Assembly: GCA_964016885.1 (NCBI GenBank)
Contig: OZ024741.1
Span: 219,480,001-219,544,000 of the forward strand
DNA length: 64,000 nucleotides
Origin: Eledone cirrhosa
Taxonomy: Eukaryota
Direction of reading: 5' to 3'
Shown one piece after another: positions 54,190-64,000 of this stretch. The notes beneath the pieces were generated by a model. That model saw nothing but the letters and a program-made list of their open reading frames with translations. It was not told the DNA's origin and ran no database searches. Made by a program: the position numbers and the translations under genes. Numbering within the stretch: position 1 is the first letter of the stretch; each line of letters opens with the position of its first letter.

Positions 54190-54740
54190 GGGTCCTTATT
54201 TGGCTAGGAAAAGGGTTGTCAGTTGGTACAGTGGATAGGGGTACCTTTCTGTGTTTCATATGTTGTCCTTACTTGGCTTGTTAGTTGGTACAGTTGACAG
54301 AGCTGCCTATCTGTATTTTATATGTGGTCCTTACTTGTCTAGAAAAGGGCTTTTAGTTGGAACAGTTGATAGGGGTACATTTCTGTATTTAATATGGGGC
54401 CCTTGTTTGGCTAGAAAAGGGCTGTTGGTTGGCACATTTTATAGTGGTGCCTTTCTGTGTTTCATATGGGGTACTTGACTAGAAAGGGGGCTGTTAGTAC
54501 AGTTGATAGAGGTACTTTTCTGTGTTTCATATGGGGTCCTTGTTTGGCTAGTAAAGGGTTGTTAGGTGGTACAGTTTATAGAGGTACCTTTCTGTATTTT
54601 ATATGGGGTCCTTACTTGGCTAGAAAAGGGGCTGTCAGTTGGTACAGTTGATTAGGCTGCCTTTCTGTGTTTCATATGGGGTACTTGACTAGAAAAAGGG
54701 GCTGTTAGTTGGTAGGATTGGGATACCTTTCTGTGTTTTC
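54190..54740. repeat. Degenerate minisatellite with a unit of about 60-70 bp
   Basis: GGGGTCCTTACTTGGCTAGAAAAGGG...GGTACAGTTGATAG...CTTTCTGTGTTTCATAT iterated. Confidence 0.85.
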
Positions 54741-54796
54741 TAACTTCCCTCTATATTTGAAGGGGTTGATAAAATAAGGTTCTAGTTAAATATATT

Positions 54797-55012
54797 AGGC
54801 GGTGCATTGGCAGTATCGGTAGAGCATCAGCAACATGCTTTGCAGCATAAAGTTGCATCACTTTGCATTCTGAGTGCAAATCCTGCTGAGGTTACCTTTG
54901 CCTTTCATCCTTATGGTTTTGATAAAGTAAAGTACCAGTCATGTACTGGGATCAATGTAATGAACTCCCCTTCCTCACCAAAATTGCTGGCCTTGTGCTT
55001 TAAATCAGAAAC
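54797..55012 (+). mobile_element. SINE family 1, diverged
   Basis: GGCGGTG..TTGGCAGTATCGG head and core. Confidence 0.7.
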
Positions 55013-55197
55013 CGGTATTATTACTATTATTATTATTATTTTGTTGGAAAATTATTGTTACATTTTTTGTAACAATAATTTATTTTTATTTGATGTAAAC
55101 TTCCCTTAGTGTCGTAACTCATTCTTGTATTGGTGCCAACGTCTTTGGCCCTTGTGGCCAATAAAAGAAAACACTAATTTTTTTTTTTTTTTTTCAG

Positions 55198-55256
55198 ACA
55201 GAGGTGATGTTGCAAGACTGTCTCCAACAACAACTTGAAGAAGAAGAACAAATCAA
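55198..55256 (+). CDS. CFAP99: CFAP99-like exon F (TEVMLQDCLQQQLEEEEQI)
   Basis: CTAAT branch point, poly-T, cag acceptor, GTAAAT donor; phase 0/2. Confidence 0.8.
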
Positions 55257-55274
55257 GTAAATACGATGTGATTA

Positions 55275-55337
<63 letters not shown>

Positions 55338-55341
<4 letters not shown>

Positions 55342-56321
55342 GCCCAGATGGTTCTATAGAAATAGTAGACACTTTCCGTTACCTGGGTGACAAAATCAGC
55401 AGTGGTGGAGGGTGCTCTGAAAGTACAGTAGCTAGAGTCAGAACGGGATGGAAAAAGTTCAGAAAGCTTATACCATTATTGGCCACTAAAGGGTTCTCTC
55501 TAAAAATGAAAGGCAGGCTGTATGATGCCTGCATACGAACAGCAATGTTACATGGCAGTGAGACTTGGGCATATTGTGTGCAGAGGATCTGCGCAAACTG
55601 GAGAGGAACGAAGATTGCATGCTCCGTTGGATGTGTAATAGTAATAGACGTGAACGGCAAAGCATAAATGAACAAAGAGAGAAATTAGGAATAAGAGGAA
55701 TCAGATGTTGTTTACTCAACAGAAGACTACGTTGGTATGGTCACGTGATGCGCATGAAAGACGACAGCTGTATAAAAAAGTGCAGGGCGATAAAAATAGA
55801 CGGTAGCCACGGAGTAGGCAGACCCAGAAAATCCTGGGATGACTTGATAAATTCCGACCTCACACACTTACACCTCTCCAAGACAATGTCACTGGACCGA
55901 GATCTTTGGCACTACACAGTAATACAGAAGACCCACCTTGCCTAAGTACAAAGCGAAACCCACAGTCAGTAGGCACCTCTAACAAAAATACACCCCCACC
56001 CCATCCACACCACCCCTTTCGATGTAAAGTTATGTTGGTAGTACGACATCCAGTCCGAAATAAATGAGGTCGTGTAGGTGTCACGAAAAAAAAACCACAC
56101 AGTCCACATTGTAATGTGGCCGTGTAGGTAACATGGTAAAAACCTCCCAGTCCACACTGTAAACGTGGTTGATGTTAGGAAGGGCATCCAGCCGTAGAAA
56201 ACCCGCCAGGCAGTCCTATATGAGCAAGACAACCAATCTTGCCTCAAGTGGGAAAACTTCCATCCAAATCCATGCAAGCGTGGAAGATGGACGTTAAACG
56301 ATGATGATGATGATGATGATG
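55338..56321 (+). mobile_element. RTE-clade LINE 3' fragment
   Basis: Same family as 9840-11070; frameshift near 55565; (TGA)n tail. Confidence 0.9.
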
Positions 56322-56730
56322 AATTGAAAAAGTGAAGAATAACATGGTCAACAGTACAAAAAAGGGGTTTTATTTACAGTCTGACAATTGTTTCACTGAG
56401 TAAGCTGATGATCTGGTTAAGCTAACAACGTATTTGAAATTGAGTGGCACAGCTTCAAGTGTTCAGCAATTTTTAGACAGTTTAATCAGAGAAACAATTG
56501 TCAGACTGTAAATAAAACCACTTTTTTGTACTCTTGACCATGTTATTCTTCACTTTTTCAATTTTATTACTCCAAGATAAACTTACATAGGAATACAAGT
56601 GAAATCATAAACTCGCCATCTACGTAAACCCCTTGTTGAGTCAAACAGCGCCGTATGCTAAAACTATCCATAATACGAAAGTATTCACAACCTCTAACTG
56701 GATTACCTATAATGATATTTTGTTATCCCT
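56322..56730 (+). mobile_element. Fold-back pseudo-LTR with hammerhead core at 56405-56506
   Basis: Arms 56322-56394 and 56491-56563; CTGATGA-TCTGGTTAAGCT...AGTTTAATCAGA-GAAA-CAATTG-TC. Confidence 0.8.
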
Positions 56731-56751
56731 TATATATATATATATATGTAT

Positions 56752-56806
<55 letters not shown>

Positions 56807-56947
56807 AGTGTTTTTTTAAGACCCCTAAAGCAGGGTTAAACTTGCAGGCCTTATGACAGGTTTAATTAGCTCATCATTTTTAGACAGTGTTTTATGGCTA
56901 AATGCCCTCAAGAGCACCAACCTGTTTAATAATTTATTATGATGCTC

Positions 56948-57390
56948 AGGAATATAGTGTACCTATTGCTAACTGGATATACACAGGGATACAGTGTACC
57001 TATTGCCAACTGGTTATACACAGGGATACAGTGTACCTATTGTAAACCAGATACACACAGGGATACAGTGTACCTATTGTAAACCAGATACACACAGAGA
57101 TACAGTGTACCTATTGTAAACAAGATATACACAGGGATACAGTGTACCTATTGTAAACCAGATACACACAGGGATACAGTGTACCTATTGTAAACCAGAT
57201 ATACACAGGGATACACTGTACCTATTGTAAACCAGATATATGCAGGGATACAGTGTATCTATTGTAAACCAGATATACGCAGGGATACACTGTACCTATT
57301 GTAAACCAGATATTCGCAGGGATACAGTGTATCTATTGCAAATCAGATATATGCAGGGATACAGTGTACCTATTGTAAACCAGATACACA
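56948..57390. repeat. 37-bp minisatellite, about 12 units
   Basis: CAGGGATACAGTGTACCTATTGTAAACCAGATACACA at 56984, 57021, 57058 and onward. Confidence 0.95.
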
Positions 57391-57835
57391 AAGATATGCA
57401 CCTGGTAGGGTGTAGGAACATTTTGTAAGTGATATGCAGGCTTTCAGTACAGTGAAGAAATGTGAGTGAGCAAGATGTAGTCCCTTGGCCTATCTGAGAG
57501 ATCACTAGCTCTGCTTGAGTACTGACTTGGTCTGTAGTGACCCATCCACAGACATTAAATTTTGATGATATATATATATATGTGTGTGCATTTGTTTCAA
57601 TAAGCCGTATTTGTTGATTCAAGCAATCAACTAACTTGGTGCAATCAAACATAAGCACTCCACATTATGGGTAGCCATAAGGTATTACGTATATTGTATC
57701 TGACAGTGTATCAATATTAGGAAAGAAGAGAGGCAGTTTTACATATTTAACACATTGTGTACATTTCAACGGCGGCATTAGAATGTCCTTATGCAATAGT
57801 AATTTAATGTGATGTCGTCAGACAAGTGCTGAAAA

Positions 57836-58222
57836 TCATCATCATCATTTTACGTCCGCTTTTCCCAGCTTGCAAGGGTGGGACAGGTCCTATTCAGCAC
57901 AGCATCGCTCCACTTGCCACGGTCCTTTGTTATCTCCTCCGTGAGCTTCAGCAATCTGAGGTCTGCTCTCACCACCACCGCCCATGTTTTTCGTGGTCTT
58001 CCTCTACTGCGTCTTCCTTCTACTGGCATTTCTCGGCACTTCTTTACCCAGTGGTCATCCTCCATGCGCATCACATGTCCATACCATCGCCGTCTTCTCT
58101 CCTGCACACTATGACTTATCCCTCTTATACCCAGTTTCTCTCTCAACACATCCACGCTTGGTTGTTCACGTACATTGACATTACACATCCAATGGAGCAT
58201 GCTTGCTTCATTTCTCTCCAGC
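57836..58222 (-). mobile_element. RTE-clade LINE 3' fragment
   Basis: ORF 57850-58200 RWYGHVMRM...GRPRKTW. Confidence 0.85.
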
Positions 58223-58408
58223 CGTTTTTATTTCGTTTTTCGATATGCCTACTGTCAAATGGATGTTGTTCATTTGGGTGAGAGAACTAACTCTTATCAG
58301 TGACAGGAACTCTGGAGAGATGAAGTTAAATTAGAAACACTGACATATGTAGGGAATAGATGCTGTTAGACTGTTAATGTCTTTCTTTCTCATTCTATTG
58401 ATTGTGAA

Positions 58409-58575
58409 GGCGTATGGCTTAGTGGTTAGAACATTGGGCTTGCAATAAAAAGGTTGTGAGTTCAATTCTTGGACCGAGTGATGTGTTGTTTCCTTGAGCA
58501 AGACACTTTATTTCACGTTGCTCCAGTTTACTCAGCTGTAGAAATGTGATGATAGGACTGGGGTCCCTATCATTA
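58409..58575 (+). mobile_element. SINE family 2
   Basis: Paralog of 1484-1640. Confidence 0.75.
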
Positions 58576-58699
58576 AATCACCCAAGACACTTCCAACGAG
58601 ATATACCTTGGAGGAGGCCAGCTAAACCTGCATAGGTGTGAGCTAGCCTCTCCTCTTATTGATTGTGGCTGCCATTTTACTCAGCTTTATATATAATTA

Positions 58700-59120
58700 C
58701 AACACCAACAGCAATAACATCAATACAACCACGGACATCGCCAACAACAACAACACTAAAACTATCACCACCACCAACAGCAACAACAATACCACCAACA
58801 ACAATAATACCACCACCAACAACAACACCATCAACAACAACAGCACCACCACCAACAACACCACCACCATCAACAACACCACCACCATTAACAACAGCAA
58901 CAACACCTCCATCAACACTATGACAACCACCTTCACCACCAACACTACCATCACCACTATGACCACCACTTTCACCACTAACACCTCCATCACCACTATG
59001 ACCACCACCTTCACCACCAACACTACCATCACCACTATGACCACCACTTTCACCACTAACACCTCCATCACCACTATGACCACCAGCTTCACCACCAACA
59101 CCACCATCACCACCACCATC
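58700..59120. repeat. (AAC/ACC)n low complexity with 30/60-bp periodicity
   Basis: ACTATGACCACCAC.TTCACCAC.AACAC iterated. Confidence 0.9.
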
Positions 59121-59134
59121 TTTGTATCTTGTAG

Positions 59135-59217
59135 GAAAAATGTACAAGAGATTGCAGAGAGTCAGAAAATGGTAAAGGATGCCATGAAAAAAGTGCAAGA
59201 ACAGAAGAAGAAAACAG
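59135..59217 (+). CDS. CFAP99: CFAP99-like exon G (KNVQEIAESQKMVKDAMKKVQEQKKKT); gene continues beyond the window
   Basis: ttgtag acceptor, GTAGGT donor; AA+G = Lys joins exon F in frame. Confidence 0.8.
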
Positions 59218-59304
59218 GTAGGTTTATCTCACTTTCATCTTGACATCTGTTTTTACCATTTAGTTACATATATATATATATATCTATATCTATATATCTA
59301 TATC

Positions 59305-59329
<25 letters not shown>

Positions 59330-59336
<7 letters not shown>

Positions 59337-60849
59337 TACACGGATGTGTATGATTGTCTATAGAAGATTATATTAATAAAAGGAATTCCAACTTTGTCTG
59401 ATTTACTCGTTTTATTTACAATCCTTTAAAATTTATAATGGTATTAGAATGAAATAGTATGGTAGAATATTAAATGTTAAGTGTTAATTGAACAAGTACT
59501 TTCATGCTTTTGAAATCTTCAGGTTCATATTCTGTGGTGACAGTCAAGTTTGCAATTTTCAACTGTAATGAGATGGGTAAATTTTGTACCTTATATACAA
59601 TGAAAAGCGGCTACAGCATGCTAAATTTTGCAAACTGTATTTCGACCAATCGGTGTGTAGTTTCACTGGATTACTAAAGCTGATTGGTTTAGGCGTCACG
59701 GTTGGTTGAGCATGTCTAACGACTACTGTTTGACCCTATCCAAAGTATCAATTGTTTTGCTATTTTTAGAAATGATGAAAATAGCATTTTCTAGTAATCA
59801 TCACCATCAACATCACTTTTATTATTATTATTGTTGTTGTTGTTGTTAGCGGTGGTAGTCGACATGACATAGTCCTAGTAGGAATAATACCCCATTATTA
59901 TTGTTCATTTAGCTTGGGTTGGAATTTATCAATAAATTCTTTTCTTTGATTTTTCTCTTGATTTCATCACTTGAGCTGTGTAATTTGTAGAATGGAAATA
60001 TTATAAATATTCTCTGACCACATGCTGCTAGATGGTTACTTAGGCGTATCTGACGGACATTTGGGTCTCTGATTTGCTCTCGGTGCACTCGTGCATGTTC
60101 CAATAGTGCATTTCCAGTTTGACCGACATATAGTTCTTCACAATTCGGGCATTTAATGCAGTAAATTAGATTTCTGCTTTTGCAGTTCATATTTGTATTT
60201 GGGAATATTTTTCCAGTTTTCGTGTTCATATATTGACCAGTGTGTATGGATTGACATCGATGTGCCACATAGACTATCATTGCATTTAGATACAGTGAAT
60301 GATTGGTCTTTGTTGTTAAGGTCAAACTTTGCTTTTGTTAGTAATTGCTTCAAATTTTTCGGCTGTCTTTTACTAAGAGTCAAAGATCGATCTGTGATTA
60401 AGCCTTTTAATTCATTACTTTGAGCAATGATCGGTAGGTTTGCTTTGGCAGCGTTGAAGATATTCTGGTGACATGGGTTGTGTGTCATTATAAATGGTAT
60501 GACCAGTTCTTGGTTTCTTCTTCCTTGGGTTGTCCTAAGTTGTTGTATAGGTATTTTTATAGCCCGCTGTATGCCATTTTCTATAAGTAGAGATGAGTAT
60601 TTTTGTTTGAGCAAAAATTCTCTCAGTTCTGTTAGGCGTTTGTTCCTGGTATTCGTATATTCTACAATTCTTCTGGCTAGGCAGTATGGGATGTTGCGTT
60701 TTGTATGAGGTGGATGACACGACTTAAAATTCTTGTTCAATTAACACTTAACATTTAATATTCTCCCGTACTATTTCATTCTAAAACCATTATACATTTT
60801 AAAGGATTGTAAATAAAATGAGTAAATCAGACAAAATTGGAATTCCTTT

Positions 60850-60856
<7 letters not shown>
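59330..60856 (-). mobile_element. Penelope-like element (GIY-YIG with internal CxxC), 5'-truncated, with inverted pseudo-LTR and hammerhead at 59489-59527
   Basis: SCHPPHTKRNIPY (RT thumb); NLIYCIKCPNCEELYVGQT; 60732-60853 is the inverse of about 59375-59496; TGAAC-CTGAAGA..GAAA-GTAC-TT-GTTCA. Confidence 0.88.
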
Positions 60857-61720
<864 letters not shown>

Positions 61721-64000
61721 AACTTTGAATAACTTTGAAATGTTTTGGCCAGTATTGGCCCAGGCCATGTCTAACTTAATAGCACCACCTGGCGAAGTCT
61801 TTCAATTCAGGATTTGGGCACCATGGCCCATTCGAGAAGAGAATTACTGTTTGCGGAGACATATCCGGGTGTGGGTGGTTTGTCCGGGATTACTTGGAGG
61901 AATTTGTCCAAAGACTTCTTGAATTTTGTGTGGTCAGTTTCTGTTTTGACGTGTCCTGGTGTGATGTTGAAGAGAGCAGGGCCGATTGAGGTGAAATAAT
62001 TGTGCCGTATTGTTGTTATGAGTTGCGATTTAGATTTTTGAATGGGACGGATAGCACGGGGCCCAAGCCTTGGGTGTATCTTGAAGGCGATGCCAACATC
62101 ATTTGGGCAGTGATGATGGAACATTTTCCACATCATGCAGATAATATAACGCTCACGGCGACGTTGGAGTGAGTAAAGTTTCAGGTTTTCTAATCGACCC
62201 CAGTAGTCAAGGTCTGACATGCCATCTATCTTTTTCGTGATTGCCCTTTGAGGAGCTTCAAGTTTCATGATACTTTGTTTCGTGTGGGGAGACCACAGTG
62301 GACAACAGTATTCAAGGTGTGGTCGGGCGAAAGTAGAGAAGAGAAGGATAATGGTGCGGGAATCTCTCGACTGGAAGGTTCTGAGGATCCAGGAACACAT
62401 TCTGCGGGCCATGTCAACTTTGCTGCTTATATGCGTGGTCCAGCTTATGTTGCTGTCCACGGTTACTCCCAAGTCTCTGATGTTGTTAGATGCCACGAGA
62501 GTTTCCCCGGAGGGAAGGGAGTACGGGAGTTTCAGAGCATCCTCTTTTCCAAAGTGGATCAGTTCGAATTTGTCTTCGTTCAGTAACATGTTCTTTTCTG
62601 CCCATTGGGTAACAGCCAGTAGGTCTGACTGAAGGCTTATCCGGTCATCCACGCCATTGATGACCTTTTGGAGCTTGGAATCATCAGCGAAAATTTTAAT
62701 GTTGCTGTGTTTGATGATGTCAGTGATGTCATTAATATAGATGATGAAGAGAAGTGGGCCCAACACAGTGCCTTGTGGGACCCCACTACTGACTTTGGCT
62801 GGGCTTGATTTGACTCCCTCAACTACAACATGTTGGGTTCTGTTTGACAGGAAGCTCTTGATCCACTGCAGCAGCTTTCCAGTGACACCAATATTGGACA
62901 GCTTTCTCAGTAGAATGTTATGATCAACCCTGTCAAAGGCCTTGCTGAAATCAAGGTAGATAACATCAGTGTTGGAACCCTCTCCCAAGGCTCTCAAAAT
63001 GTCATCAAAGTGATGCAGTAGCTGCGTCAGGCAATCCCTTCCATTACGGAATCCATGCTGGTTGGAGTTCAGCATATTGTTACTCTCAAGGAAGTGGGTC
63101 ATTCGCGATCTCACCACTCGCTCAAATACCTTAATGATATGAGAGGTGAGTGAGATTGGACGGTAATTCACGGCAAGGGATTTGTTTCCCTTTTTGAAAA
63201 CTGGGACAACAGACTGGGATAGAAGGTTTTCTGGCACATATCCAGCATCCAGTGAGTTCCGCCACAGATTGGCAAGAGGAGATGCAAGTTGGTGTTGACA
63301 CGCCTTCAAGACACAAGCAGGGAACCTATCGGGACCTACTGCTGAATTATGCTTGATTTCCTTTATTGCCGCCAAGACATCAGGGGCGCCAAACGTTATG
63401 TCCGATAAGGTGTAATGGGGAGTAACATCGCCGATACAGCCCAGATCGGCCATATCAGGATTGCTGAAAACAGAGCAGTATTGTTTCTGCAGTATCTCAC
63501 CCATGGTTTTAGCATTGTCTTGAAGAGTGCCATTTTCATCAATTAGAGGGCCAACAGTAGAGCCAGTGATTTTGTGTTTTTTTGCAAATGAAAAGAACAC
63601 TTTGGGATTGAGTTTGATCTTCTCAATGGCCCAGGCCTCTTCAGCTCTTCTCTGATTGTTGATGAGGGACATTATGTTGTTTTGGAGGTTATGTTTTTTA
63701 ATCTCTAGTGATGAAATGGCAGTCAAGTTGATGTGTTGCTGCTGACAGTATTTCAGCTTGTTGATTTTTTTGTTCGTTCTCTTAATTTTTCTGATGAGCG
63801 TTTTTCTATTTCTAGGGATTCTGCTCTTAGATTTGTTTATAGTTCTTAATGGGGTGTGTTTAGCACATATGTTTGTAACAGTGTCCACAAATGTCTGCCA
63901 GGACTTTTTGATGTTAGTGGGTGTATGAGTGTGCGTGAAGGACCAGTCGACATGTGCAAGATCATGACTGATCGCTTCCCAGTTTGCATTGTGGAAATCC
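61721..64000 (-). mobile_element. CR1-clade LINE with an uninterrupted RT ORF running off the window
   Basis: ORF 61807-63888 (YRPISLTS, DFSKAFD, SGVPQGTVLGP, FADD); the frame is also open 63889-63999. Confidence 0.93.

Noticed and set aside
50413-57390. 57-bp and 37-bp arrays as CRISPR
   Set aside because: No unique spacers, no cas genes, eukaryotic intron context
58659-59243. Mucin-like Thr/Asn-rich ORF
   Set aside because: Low-complexity intron sequence that happens to be in frame with exon G; the acceptor at 59134 already fits exon F's phase

Overview
Eukaryotic, AT-rich, microsatellite-dense animal DNA. The repeat families look most like a coleoid cephalopod (octopus), which is my inference. 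The only host gene I can support is a + strand, multi-exon, coiled-coil ciliary gene resembling CFAP99. Seven short GT-AG exons (8358-59217) join in frame, and the ORF track mostly misses them. The introns, one about 35.4 kb, are packed with transposable elements: five Tx1/L1-type LINE copies (22-48 kb), RTE and CR1 LINEs (one CR1 ORF is uninterrupted to the window edge), a mariner, a DD37D maT element, a Helitron, MITEs and many tRNA-derived SINEs. The most interesting signal is not in the ORF track. About ten Penelope-like retroelement 3' ends sit mostly in (TA)n tracts. Most fold back as inverted repeats and carry a minimal hammerhead-ribozyme motif. Several of these motifs have a long stem II or a CCGANGA core. 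The inversion breakpoints cluster at the ribozyme, and a covarying ACTC/GAGT helix follows the arm boundary. All structures were read by eye, and coordinates of degenerate repeats are approximate.
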